A stretch of DNA of 64,000 nt. Origin: Pristiophorus japonicus (Eukaryota). Shown in pieces: positions 50,030 through 62,639 of the stretch. Numbering within the stretch: the first letter of the stretch is position 1; the number at the start of each line of letters is the position of its first letter. The position numbers and the translations under genes are program-made. Below the pieces are notes generated by a model. That model was given only the letters and a program-made list of their open reading frames with translations. It did no database searches and was not told where the DNA came from. The stretch covers positions 28,272,001 through 28,336,000 of the forward strand of contig NC_091999.1 of assembly GCF_044704955.1 (NCBI RefSeq). The letters are read 5' to 3'.

Positions 50030-50625
50030 CAAACTTAGTTCCCTGGCCACCGACTCAATCCTTCTCCCCAACTTGTGTCTGTGCCTGAACCGGACTGTTT
50101 GCAACCTTGGTGCCATACTTAACCCTGAAGTATGATTTTGACCAGATATCCACACCATAATTAAGAATGCATATTTCCACCTCTGTAACATCGCCCTTGC
50201 CTCAGCTCATCCGCTGCTGACCCCTCATCCCTGCATTTGTTACTTCTGGACTTGACGATACCAACGCACTCCTGCCACATTCTCATCTGCATAAACTTGA
50301 GTTGATCCAAACATCGGTTGCCCGTGTCCTTACTCTCACCAAGTCCAGCTCATCCATCAGCCCTGTGCTCGCTGAACTACATTGGATTCTGGTTCAGCAA
50401 CGCCTTGATTTCAAAATTCTAATACTTATTTTCAAAACTCTCCATGGCCTCGCCCCTCCCGAGCTCTGTAAACTCCTCCAGCCCCAACCAGCACCACACC
50501 GCCACCAGCCCCGCCTCCCCCCACCCCGCCCATGAAATATCTGTCTTCCTGAGCATCCCTGATTATAATTGGTGGCTGTGCCTTCTGTTTTCCAGGCCCC
50601 AAGTTCTGGAAAACCCAGCCTAAAC
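50030..50625 (+). mobile_element. L2-like LINE 3' fragment
   Basis: ISPVLAELHWILVQQRLDFKIL..FKTLHGLAP motif. Confidence 0.75.
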
Positions 50626-51244
50626 CTTTCTGTCTAACCCATGCTGTACCTGCTCTGGCAGTTCTTGATGCGATAGTGGAAAGCAAGCTTTTCTCTCTTA
50701 TCTAATCTATGCTGCATCTTTCCACGGAGTGATTGATAGGAGAGTGTAGGGTGAGCTTTATTCAGTATCTAACCCGTGTTGTTCCTCCCCTGGGTGTGTT
50801 TGATGGGACGGTGTAGAGGGAGATTTACTCTGTATCTAACCCGTGCTTTACCTGTCCTGGAAGTGTTTGATGGACAGTGTCGGGGGAGCTTTACAGTGGA
50901 TGTAACTTGTGCTGTACCAGCGCTGGGAGTGTTTGATAGGACAATGTCGCAGGAGTTGTACTCGATATGTAACCCATGCCTTAACTGCGATGGGAGTGTT
51001 TGATGGATCAGTCTATGGGCAGCTTTACTCTCTGACTAACGCATGCTGTGCCTATTGTGCGAGTGTTTGATGGCACAGTGTAGAGGGAGATTAACTCTGT
51101 ATCTGACCGATGCTGTAGCTACCCTGGGAGTGTTTGGGACAGGCTAGAGGGAGATTTAACCTTCAAAAACCAAAACTATATCTGCCTGGGAATGTCTGGT
51201 GAGACATTGTAGAGGGAGCTTTACTCTGCATCTAACCTGTGTTG

Positions 51245-51905
51245 TCATCATCATCATCATCATCATCATAGGCAGTCCCTCGGAATCAAGGAAGACTTGC
51301 TTCCACACCTGAAGTGAATTATTTGGTGGTTGAACAGTCTAATACGAAAGCCACAGACTCTGTCACAGGAGGGACAGATAGTCGTTGAAGGAAGGGGTGG
51401 CTGGGACTGCTTTGCAGCACGCTCTTTCCACTGCCTGCACTTGTTTTCTGCATGCTCTTGGCGATGAGACTCCCGGCTGCACTTCCTCCAGTTAGGGTGG
51501 TCTTTGGCCAGGGACTCCCAGATGTCAGTGGGGATCTCGCACTTTATCATGGAGGCTTTGAGGGTGTCCTTGTAACGTTTGCACTGCCCACCTTTGGCTC
51601 ATTTTCCGTGAAGAAGCTCCGCATATAGCACTTGCTTTGGGAGTCTCGTGTCTGGCATGCGAACTATGTGGTCTGCGTAGCGGAGCTAATCAAGTGTGGA
51701 CAGTGCTTCAATGCTGGGGACGTTAGCCTGGACGAGGACGCTGATGTTGGTGTGCCTGTACTGCCAGGTGATTTGTAGGATTTTGCGGAGACATCATTGG
51801 TGATATATCTCCAGCGAGAAAAAATGTCTACTGCACAGTGTCCATGCCTCTGAGCCAGACAGGAGGGCGGATATTCCTACAGCCCTGTAGACCATGAGCT
51901 TGGTT
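51245..51905 (-). mobile_element. RTE-type LINE 3' fragment with (ATG)n tail
   Basis: WESLAKDHPNWRK..CPSCDRVCGFRIRLFNH; (CAT)n at 51246-51269. Confidence 0.85.
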
Positions 51906-52230
51906 GTACCTGCCCAGGGAATGGTTAATGAGACAGTGTAGAGGAAACTTTACTCTGTCTCTAACCCATGCTGTATCTGTCCTGGGAGTGTTAGATGGGA
52001 CAGTGTAGAGGGAGATTTACTCTGTATCTCACCCGTGCTACACCTGCCCCGCGAATATCCACTGGAACAGTATAGAGGGAGATTTTCTCGACATCTGACA
52101 GATGCTGTATCTGCCCTGGAATGGCTGGGACAAGTTAGAGGGAGATGTAGTCTGTGTCTAACCTGTGCTGTACTTGCACTGGAAACGTTTGATGGAACAG
52201 TATAGAGGGAGCTTTATTCTATATTTAACC

Positions 52231-55200
52231 TGTTAAGTCCAGAAAACGTAACGTGATTGAGTACTGTAGACGTGAGTAAGTGTGACCTGTCTCTTTATTC
52301 TAACTTCAGAGTGCACGTACAACATGGAATGTCTGCTTATATACAGTGCTCCCGAGGCACGCTGGGATCCCTTGGGACTCCAACAGATACGCCCTGTGGT
52401 GGTGGTAGAATTCTGATTACATAGGGTTGTATACATAACATCACTCCCTCCCAAAGTCAATAGTACACTTATTTGCAAGTTGAGGCGATCTGGGGCTTTT
52501 CGCTCCCAAGGCGATCGTCTCAGTGCAAATGCAGGTGCAGGTGATTTGGTTGGTTCTTCGCTGGGCTGCTGCGCAGCTGACCTTGCTGGGCTGCTGGGGA
52601 TGATGAGTTCAGCTTCGTGGTCAACCATGATGTTGGTTGCCACTTGTGTGTGTGTCGGATGGTCGAAGTTGATTGCTTGTGGCTGTCTGTGAATCGCAGT
52701 TTGGTTTGGTCCAAATGCTTTCTGCAAGTTATTCCATTTGCGAGTTTGACCTGAAACACCCTCCTCTATCCTTTGGCTATGACAGTGCCAGCAAGCTATT
52801 TGGGACCAGGTCCATAGTTAAGTACAAGTACAGGGTCATTGATTCCAATATTGCGTGACAAATCTGTGCGATCACGGTACATGCTTTGTTGATGCCGCCT
52901 GCCCTCGACTTGATCATGGAGATCAGGGTGAACGAGAGAAAGCCTTGTTTTGAGCACCCTTTTCTGGAGCAGCTCAGCTGGGGAACCCCGGTGAGAGAAT
53001 GGTGTCCGGTGCAGTGGCTGAGCAGGACTCGGGACAGGTGGGTCTGCAGGGAGCCTTTTGACATGTGTTTCAAGCTTTGCATGATGATTTGGACTGCACG
53101 TTCTCTCTGGCCATTGGATGCGGGCTTGAATGGGGCAGATGAGATGTGCTTAATTCCATTGAGTGTCATGAATTCCTTGAATTCAGCGCTGATGAAGCAT
53201 GGCCCGTTGTCGCTGACAAGGACATCAGGCAGGCCTTGCGTGGCTCGTAGATTTTCGAGGATGGCAGTGGACGTGCTTACAGACATTATGACACACTCAA
53301 TCCAGTTAGAATAAACATCCACAAGAACGAAGAACATTTTGCCTAGAAATGGGCCAGCAAAGTCAACGTGGATCCTAGACCACGGTTTGGAGGGCCATGA
53401 CCACAAACTTGGGTGCCCTGGGTGCACTGCTCAGTTATGAGCAAGTGGTGCATTGGCACACGCAAGACTCCAAATCTGAGTCAATATCGGGCCACCACAC
53501 ATGGGGTCTGGCTATAGCTTTCATCATTACTATGCCTGGTTGGGCACAGTGTAGGTCAGGTTTGAACATTTCTCTGCCTTTCTTGGGCAAAACCACGTGA
53601 TTAACCCACAAAAGACAGTCCGTCTGTATGGTCATTTCGTCTTTAAGCTGCTGGAACAGCTTGATCTCTTCATGCATTTCTGCTGGGACGCAGGACCAGC
53701 TCCCATGGAGGGCACAGTTTTTACAAGGGACAGTAAAGGAACCTGGCTGGTCCAGGTCCTGATCTGGCGGCCGTAACGGGTGACTTTTCATTTTCAAATG
53801 CATCCATCACCAAGAGCAAGTCTGCAGGCTGTGCCATTTCCACCCCAGTGGTGGGAAAAGTAGCCGACTGAGGGCATCAGCGCAGTTCTCTGTGCCTGGC
53901 CAGTGGTGAATTACATATTTATATGCATACAGCGTGAGCGCCCATCTTTGGATGCGAGCAGAAGCATTTGTATTAATACCTTTGCTCTCTGTGAATAGCG
54001 ATATGAGCGGCTTATGTTGAGTTTCTAACTCGAACTAAAGCCCAAAATGATACTGGTGCATTTTTTCACCCCGTAAACGCATGCCAGAGCTTCTTTTTCA
54101 ATCATGCTGTAGGTCCTTTCGGCCTTGGACGAACTCCTGGTCGCATAGGCGACCGGTTGCAATGTTCCCAATTCGTTTGCTTATTGTAACACACGCCCGA
54201 CCCTGTACAAAGATGCATCGCAAGCTAGCACTAAACGTTTACATGGATCAATACAGGACAAGCAGTTTGTTGGAACATAACAGATTTCGGGCTTCCTCAA
54301 AATCAGTGTCTTTTGATCTCCCCCATGCCTAATAATCTGCCTTGCGCTGCCACATGTGTAGAGGTTCTAGCAAGGTGCTCAACCCGGGTAGGAAATTGCC
54401 AAAATAATTGAGGAGCCCGAGGAAGGACCACAGCTCCTTCACGTTCTGTGATCTCGGCGCATTCTTGAAGGCCTCCGTCTGGGTGTCAGTGGGTCTGATG
54501 CCATCTGCCACGATTCTTCTCCCTAAAAACTCGACCTTTGGCGCCAGGAAAACACACTTCGAGCGTTTCAACCTGAGTCCCACATGATCTAGCCGACTTA
54601 GAACCTCTTCCACGTTCTGCAAGTGCTCGATTGTGTCCCGACCTGTGACCAGTATATCATCCTGGAAAACCACGATGTGCAGAACCGACTTCAGCAGACT
54701 CTCCATGTCCCTTTGAAAAATAGCCACTGTCGATCAAATTCCAAACGTGCATCTAATGTCGATGAACAGACCTTTGCGTGTTGATGCAGGTGAGGCCTTT
54801 TTAAGATTCCGCCAGCTCCTGCGTCATGTGGGCCGAGGTCAGGTACAACTTGGTGAATGTCTTTCCTCCTGCCAGTGTCACAAATAGTTTGTCTGCCTTG
54901 GGTTGCGGGTAGTGGTCCTGCAGCGAAAAATGGTTAATCATTACTTTATAGTCCCCACAAATTCTGACCATGACATCGCCCTTGAGAACCAGAACAACCT
55001 GATTGGCCCACTCGTTGAACACTACCAGTGCGATGATGCCCTCTCGTTGCAGCCTGTCTAACTCGATCTCCACTTTCTCTCGCATCATATATGTTACTGC
55101 CCGTGCCTTGTGATGGATGGGTCATGTACCGGGAATCAAGTGGACCTGCACCTTCACCCTCAAGAAACTTCCGATCCCTAGCTCAAACAATGACGGAAAC

Positions 55201-56605
55201 GTGCTCAGAACCTGGGCACATGAGGCGTCATCGATGGATGAAAGCGCTCGGATGCCATCCCAGTTCCAGCGTATTTTTCTCAACCAGCTTCTGCCGAATA
55301 TTGTGGGGCCATCTACTGGCACTATCCTGAGTGGTAGTTCGTGTACGGTTCCATCATAAGATACTTTTAATACTGTGCTGACAATTACTGGGATCAGCTC
55401 TTTAGTGTAAGTTTTCAGTTTGGTGTGAATGGGGTTCAGCTTGGGCCTGTCGAAGGCCCTTTTCCCATGATGGACTTGACTCGCACCCATGTCCAATTCG
55501 ACAGATACTGGAATTCCGTTCAGTTCAATATTTAACATGATCGGTGGACATTTCCTGATGAAGGTGTGTACCCCGTACACTTCTGCCTCCTCGGTTTGAG
55601 TCTCTAGTTCAGTTTGATCCACCATGGATCGGTCTTCCACTGCAATGTGGTGCTTTGCAGTGTTTGCAGCTCATCTGCATATTCGCTGGAGGTGTCCCAT
55701 TGTTCCACAGCCTTTGAACGCATAGTGTTTGAAGCTGCATTAATGGGCTCGATGATCACCTCCGCAGTGCCAACAAGCTGTTAACTGCCTCGCATTAATG
55801 CTTGATGGCAGACTCTGAGTCACCTGAGATCATGCAGCTGCAGGCGTGTACATTCTGCCATATGCATTCCTGCCTGAAAACGCTGTTATTTTGTGTACAG
55901 TACTTGCCAAAACATCTGTACGCTGCGAAATCTGTTTGGTGTTATCGCTGGTGGACATTAATGCCGAGGCTATCGTTATGGCTTTGCTCAGGTGCTGTGT
56001 TTCAACTGTCAATAGTTTGTGAAGGATATTCTCATGGCCAATGCCAAGCATAAAATATCTCTCAGCATTTACTCCAGGCATCGATCAAATTCGCAATGTC
56101 CTACAAGGTGCCTTATTTCACCGACGTAGCTCGCCATTTCCTGGCGTTCAGACCGTTGACATGTGTAAAATCGATACCTTGCCATCAGAATGTTCTCCTT
56201 CGGATTTAGGTGCTCCTGGACCAGCTTCCACAGTTCTTCACACGATTTGCTTGTTGGTTTCACCGGAGCAAGAAAATTCTCATGAGGCCATAGGTTGTTG
56301 CCCCGCAGAGAGTGAGGAGGATCGCCCTTTGTTTGGCAACGTTCACATTCCCTGCCAGCTCATTGGCCATGAAGTATTAATCGAGTCGCTGCATGAAGAC
56401 CTCCCAAACATTCCCTTCTGAGAATTTCGCCAGGATATCAACAGTTCTCTGCATTTTCGCATGATGGTTCATTATCTCGTCGCCAATTGTTATGTCCAGA
56501 ATAAAGTAACGTGATTGAGTACTGTAGACATGAGTAAGTGTGATCTTGGTCTTTTTTTCTAACTCCAGATTGCACGTACAGCATGGGAGGCCTGCTTATA
56601 TACAG
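52231..56605 (-). mobile_element. Ty3/Gypsy (Mag-like) LTR retrotransposon, degenerate
   Basis: 3' LTR 52231-52440 (TGTTA..TAACA), PPT 52441-52457, truncated 5' LTR 56488-56605, PBS TGGCGACGAGAT 56474-56485 (tRNA-Ser(GCT)-like); protease ELDMGA, RT VRICGDYK/FQDDILV, integrase WSRIHVDFAGP/VSDNGP. Confidence 0.93.
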
Positions 56606-56665
56606 TTGTACTTGCCCTGGGAATGTCTGATGGGACAGTGTAGAGGGAGCTTTAATCTGTACCTA

Positions 56666-58272
56666 CTCCATGTCCGTTGTACTCCGTAGAGGACGAAATC
56701 CACATTGTGACTCCAGGAGGAGCTCCTCAGCCACAGGGGAAGACGGTTGAGGAGGATTCTAGCGATGTATTTCCCAATGGCTGGTAACAGGGAGACTCAT
56801 CTGTAATTGCCACAGTCGGACTTGTCCCCTTTGTTCAAGATGGTCACGATTACTGCATCTCTGAGATCTCCAGGACTGCTCTCCTCCTTCCAGATGAGAG
56901 AGATGAGGTCATGCATTCATGCCAATATTGCCTCTGCACCATACTTTAGTGCCTCAGCGGGGATTCCATCCGCTCCCATTGCCTTGTTGTTCTTGAGCTG
57001 GCGGATGGCCTTTTCTATCTCGTGCAGGGCTGAGGTTTTGCTGAGATGTTGGCGGGTAGCATGCTGCAGGATGGAGTCGAGGACACTCGAGTCAAAGGCA
57101 GAGTCTCGGTTAAGGACATCTTCGAATTGTTCCTTCCAGCGGGTCCTGGCTGCCTCAGTGTCCTTGATGAGTGTTTCCCCATTCTTGGCCAGCAGTGGGG
57201 CGGTGCCTTGGGTGCTTGGGCCATAGGTGGCCTTGACTGCGATGAAAAATCCTCGCACATCATGGCTGTCGGCCAGCTGCTGAAACTCCTGTGATTTCTC
57301 CACCCACCATCTATGCTTTCGGTCACAGGTTTTTTATTGGACCGCGGTCTTAAGCCGTCTGTAATGCTGCTTTCTGCTCCCGAGTTGGGTTGTTGTTTTA
57401 GGTTCAGAATTGCACTGTGCTTGTGATTAATTAGCTCTTGCATCTCCTGGTCATTCTCATCAAACCAGTCCTGGTGTTTCCTCAATCTGGCCATATCCCC
57501 AGCATCGAAGCACTGACCACACTCGACCAGCTGCATTGGGTGGTCCACATTGTTCACAACTATTTTAAGTCGAACAATCATCAAGTTCCTCTGATTAAAG
57601 GGGGGGAGGGGGGTCACACTCCAGAAACTTTCATTAAAGTGCCCCCTTGTTTTTTTTGGGGAACGAAAAACAGAAATTAACAATTCAACATAAAGTTAAC
57701 TTTTGTCAAATCAAATCAAATGAATTAAAATTACAATTCTGTTCCCTCTGGAATGATGCATTCCAGTCTCTCTGGTGCTCACCTCTCATGGAAGGCCACG
57801 AGTCTACCGGTGGACACTGCATGCTCAATCTCCATGGACACCCTGGATTGACACATTGTTCACATGCCTGACACAAGACTCCCAAAGCAAGGCTCTACTC
57901 GTAACTCCTACGTGGCAAGCGAGCCTACAGTGGGCAGAGGAAACCTTTCAACGACACCCTCAAAGCCACCTTGATTAAATTCAACAACCCCCCAATACCT
58001 GGGAGTCCCTGACAAGCGTCCGCCCAAATTGAGGAAGTGCATCCGGGAGGGCTCTGAGCACCTCGAGTCTCATCGCCGAGAGCATGCAGAAACCAAGCGG
58101 AGGAGCATGCGGAAAACCAGTCCCACCCACCCTGTCGTTCAACGACTGGCTGTCCCACCTGTGACAGATACTGTAATTCCCATACTGGATTGTTTATTCA
58201 CGTAAGAACTCATCTTTAGAGTGTAAGCAAGTCTTCCTCGATTTTGACGGACTGCCAGTGATGATGATGATG
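56666..58272. mobile_element. RTE LINE with 5' inversion (- 56666-57482, + 57483-58272)
   Basis: KHQDWFDEND..KAMGADGIPAE on -; 3' end and (ATG)n tail on +; TGTACCTA at 56658-56665 and 58273-58280. Confidence 0.8.
57559..57851 (-). mobile_element. 5'-truncated Tx1 3' end inserted in the RTE
   Basis: Reverse complement matches the Tx1 ORF2 end (15513-15610); 13-bp TSD CACATTGTTCACA (57546-57558 / 57852-57864). Confidence 0.87.
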
Positions 58273-58555
58273 TGTACCTAACTTGTGTTGTGCCTGTCCT
58301 GTGCATTTTTGGATTGGCTGTTTAGAGAGAAATTTACCCTGCATCTAAATTATGCTGTACTTGCCCAGTGGGACAGTGTAGACAGAGCTTCACTCCGTAT
58401 CTAACATGTGCTGTACATACCCTGGCAGTGTTTGATGGGACAGTGTAGAGGGAGCTTTACTCTGTATCTAACCCGTGCTGTACCTGCCCTGGGAGTGTTT
58501 GATAGGTCACTGTAGAGGGAGCTTTACTCTGTATCGAACATGTGCTGTACCTGCC

Positions 58556-58747
58556 ACCAGTCCGCTTGCAGCCTTCTGTAAGAGGTCGGCACCGGAGGGA
58601 CTGGAGTGCATCATCATCTCCAGCAATCAAATTTTAATTTGATTTAAGTTTACCGTCCAAAGTTTAATTGGTTTATTTTTTCGGTGAAGGTTCCCCTCCC
58701 TCCTTTAATCAGGATGCATTTGATTTACAGGTCAACAACAAAATAGT
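58556..58747 (+). mobile_element. 5'-truncated Tx1 3' end inserted in the 67-bp satellite
   Basis: GCACCGGAGGGACTGGAGTGCATCATC identical to the Tx1 ORF2 end; 15-bp TSD TGTGCTGTACCTGCC (58541-58555 / 58748-58762). Confidence 0.87.
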
Positions 58748-59059
58748 TGTGCTGTACCTGCCCTGGGATTGTTTCTTGGGACAGTGCAGAGGGAGCTTTA
58801 TTCTGTATCGAACCCGTGCTGTGCATACCCTGGGAATACCTGGTAGGACAGTGCAGATGGATCCTTACCGTGTATTTGATATGTGCTGTACCTGCCCTGG
58901 GAGTGTTTGATGGGTCAGCGTACAGCAAGCTTTAAATTGTAACTAACCCGGGCTGTACCTGCCCTGGGATTGTTTAGGACAGTAACGAGTGATCTTTACT
59001 CTGTATATAACCCGTGCAGTATCTGCCCCACTCCTGCTCCGATTTCTAATGGTCCAATG

Positions 59060-60950
59060 TACACAGCGTGCCCCGCGGGGTCGAATGTGCCGTACCCAGA
59101 CAACAGGAGCACAGTGCGCAGGCGCTGGCTCACGCACTGTTTGGAGCATGCGCGGTGCATGTAATGGTGGAAGAGACATGTTTTTGAGAGGTTCCTCAGA
59201 AGTGTCTATTTCAGCGGGCCGGAGGGGAGTAATCGACCAGCAGGGCGCCGTGGAGGCTTCATAAACTATCGGTGCTCGCCGCAAGCCCGCAATAATAACC
59301 GGAATATCGGCGGTTGCAGCTTCGGGGCTTTCTCCCGGTCACAGGTCCAGGCTAACGGCGGCCATCTTCGTACAGGAAGGCAGGTGCAGCGCACCGCCAT
59401 TTTGATTCATTGAGAAGCACCGCGCATGCGCAGCCATCTTGGTGCAGGAACACAGTGAATGATGTCAATGTCTGGAACTGAACCCAGCCAGAGTCAGTAC
59501 CTTCAGGGGAGGGGAACCAGTGAGTGTTGAACTGAACCCAGCCAGAGTCAGTAACTTCAGGGGAGGGGAACCAGTGAGTGTAGAACTGAACCCAGCCAGA
59601 GTAAGTACCTTCAGGGGAGGGGAACCAGTGAATGTAGAACTGAACCCAGCCAGAGTCAGTACCTTCAGGGGAGGGGAACCAGTGAATGTAGAACTGAACC
59701 CAGCCAGATTCAGTACCTTCAGGGGAGGGGAACCAGTGAGTGTAGAATTGAACCCAGCCAGAGTCAGTACCTTCAGGGGAGGGGAACCAGTGAGTGTAGA
59801 ACTGAACCCAGCCAGAGTCAGCACCTTCAGGGGAGGGGAACCAGTGAATGTAGAACTGAACCCAGCCAGAGTCAGCACCTTCAGGGGAGGGGAACCAGTG
59901 AATGTAGAACTGAACCCAGCCAGAGTCAGTACCTTCAGGGGAAGGGAACCAGTGAATGTAGAACTGAACCCAGCCAGAGTCAGTACCTTCAGGGGAGGGG
60001 AACCAGTGAGTGTAGAACTGAACCCAGCCAGAGTCAGTACCTTCACGTGAGGGGAACCAGTGAGTGTAGAACTGAACCCAGCCAGAGTCAGCACCTTCAG
60101 GGGAGGGGAACTAGTGAGTGCAGAACTGAACCCAGCCAGAGTCAGTACGTTCAGGGGAGGGGAACAAGTGAGTGTAGAACTGAACCGAGCCAGAGTCAGT
60201 ACCTTCAGGGGAGGGGAACCAGTGAGTGTAGAACTGAACCCAGCCAGAGTCAGCACCTTCAGGGGAAAGGAACAAGTGAGTGTAGAACTGAACCCAGCAA
60301 CAGTCAGCACCTTCAGGGGAGGGGAACCAGTGAGTGCAGAACTGAATCCAGCCAGAGTCAGCACCTTCAGCGACCAGTGATTGAGTGGTGCCGGAGCCCC
60401 GCCCCCCGCCACTGATTGGCGCAGAGCAGCGCGCTGGGTGAGCTGGTGCCCCGCGCCGCCTCGCCATTGGCTGCGGGATGAGTGTTGCAGGCGGGCGGGC
60501 GGTTGGGTGGTTTGTTAGTGGGCTCCACTCGCAGCCTTTGAGCACGGGGCCCAGGTGAGGCGGGGCGGAGTTGTGCGCAGGTGTGTGGCAGCCTATTGTG
60601 GGAGGTTAGCTGCAGACGGACGACGATTTGCCCCCCCCAAGCCGTGGAGGATGGATGATAAGCCCGGGCAGTGCACCCAGCCTCCCTGAGGACTCACAGA
60701 CTCACGGTCACGCGCGGGTGATGAGATTTGGGTGGCGGCTGTGGGGCACCTTCGGGCGGGGACGGGCCTTGGTTACTGTCGGGGTTTGCCGGGAGTTCGG
60801 CCGCCAGCTTTGGGCAGCATGGGTCCACCCGCTACGGGGAGCAGGGAGCAACAGGGGCGGGGCTTCCTCGATGTCACAATGCTTGCCATTGTCCAGCTGC
60901 AGGGCAGGGAGCATGCGCGGCGGCCATCTTACTGCAGGGAGCAGGTGCAG
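59060..60950. promoter_or_regulatory. CpG island / candidate bidirectional promoter split by a VNTR
   Basis: YY1-type GCCATCTT/GCCATTTT at ~59361, 59396, 59433, 60923; NRF1-type GCGCATGCGC ~59422; GC box ~60397; ATTGG ~60415 and 60466; donor CAG|GTGAGG at 60555. Confidence 0.6.
59466..60370 (+). repeat. 54-bp VNTR (~17 copies)
   Basis: Unit GTGAGTGTAGAACTGAACCCAGCCAGAGTCAGTACCTTCAGGGGAGGGGAACCA; highly homogeneous. Confidence 0.97.
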
Positions 60951-61912
60951 GATGGGGACCAGTGACATGAATACATGAGAACATCAGAAATAGGAGATGA
61001 ATCGGCCCTTTGGCCCCTCGAGCCTGCCACCACTCAATAAGATGATGGCTGCAGCATCTGGGGTGGTTCTCCTTGGAGCAGTGAAGGTGCAGGGCAGGTT
61101 TAACAGAGGTGCTCACAATCAGGAAGGCTTTAGATTGAGTCAGGGAACAGAGTGGTTCTGCTCACAGAATGGTTACAGCACGGTAGGCCATTCGGCCCGT
61201 AGAGCCCTTGCCTACTCTCCTCCCTTTCCCCCGGCCCTGCAAAATGTTTTTTTTCAGATTCAACTTCCTTTTTTTTTGAAAGCTGTGTTTGAGTCTGCCT
61301 CCACCACCCTTTCAGGCTGTGCTTTACCGGATCCTAACCACTCACTGCGTAAAATGGATTTTTTTGATGTCACCTTTGGTTATTTTGCTATTCACCTTAA
61401 ATCCATCTCCTCTGGTTCTCGACCCCTCCACCAATGGGAACAGTATCTCTCTATCTTATCTGTCCGGACCCCTCATGACTTTGAACACTTCTATCAATTC
61501 TTCTCTCAACCTTCTCTGCTCCAAGGAGAACAACCCCAGCTTCGCTAGTCAATCCATGGAACTGAAGTCCCTCATCTCGTGAATCATTCTTGTCAATCTT
61601 TTCTGCACCCACTCTCAGGCCTTCACATCCTAATCTGCGGTGCCCAGAATTGGACACAATGTTCCAGTTGAGACCGAACCAATGTTTGAAAATGTTCATC
61701 ATAACCTCCTTGCTTTTGTACTCTGTGATGCCCAGGATCCTGTAAGCTTTTTTACCTGCTTTCGCAACCTGTCCTGTCACCTTCAGTGATTTGTGCACAT
61801 ATACCCGCAGGTCTCACTTTTCATGCATTCCCTTTAGGATTATACCCTTTAATTTATATTGCCTCTCCTTGTTTATTTAATCATGCTTTTCTAATTTTAT
61901 TTCTTAACTCAG

Positions 61913-62101
61913 ATTCACGGCCTCATTTTATTTCTTCCTCCGAGCCCCTCAACTTATTGTGGCAGCGTAATGTTGGCGAGTGGTGATTGATTGCCCTGGG
62001 AACCAACAGGGAGAGAGGGCATAGGCCGGAGGGCCCAGGGAGCAGCGTGTTCTGCAACAAATCGCGGTGCTTGAGGGGTGGATCCTGAGTCAGCTTGTCA
62101 G
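61913..62101 (+). other. Putative 189-nt (probably 5' UTR) exon
   Basis: Acceptor tttcttaactcag, donor gtgagt; downstream of the CpG-island donor at 60555. Confidence 0.5.
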
Positions 62102-62639
62102 GTGAGTCTGTGTGAATCCCTGTTAAACTATTCATCTTTTAAAGTTAAATCGAGATTTCATTTGTCAACAAAACAGTTTAACATTTGTCAGTATTTTATT
62201 TCTATTTATGAGTTCCTTTTATGAGTTTCAGACACTTCAGTGCCAAGTGGACCAGGTATTTAAATGTCATTCATTTCCCTCTTTCGATGTCGCTGTTAGT
62301 TAAAGGGGCAGAGATTGATTTCCCCGCATTATACATCTTTAGCAGTTAAAGTAACATCCTTCCTGTTGGTAGTGAGTTACATTTTGTGCTGGGCGAGATG
62401 GCTGGTGGCATCAGCCTTTAAAATATTCATCCTCTTGTTCAAATCTCTCCAGGGTCTCGCCCTTCTCTATTTCTGTAACCTCCTCCAGCCCACCAACCCT
62501 CTTAATAGTTTGATTTCTTTGGAACGGAGGAGACTGAGAGGAGACCTTAATGAGGTGTATAAAATTATGTGGGGCCCACATAGAGTGGATAGGAAAGACC
62601 TATTTCCCTTCACAGAGGGGTCAGCAACCAGCAGAACTT

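Larger units (their letters stand above)
50628..59030 (+). repeat. 67-bp satellite array interrupted by RTE, Gypsy and Tx1 insertions
   Basis: Copies at 50628-51243, 51905-52230, 56606-56665, 58273-58555 and 58748-59030; period 67 measured at 58441/58508. Confidence 0.9.

Noticed and set aside
59465-60545. 315-aa and 176-aa repeat proteins
   Set aside because: A 54-bp unit lacking stops gives open frames on both strands; there is no other coding evidence.
61913-62090. TGA aligned to TGT in the paralog as possible selenocysteine
   Set aside because: No recognisable protein or SECIS; a single substitution in a probably non-coding exon explains it.
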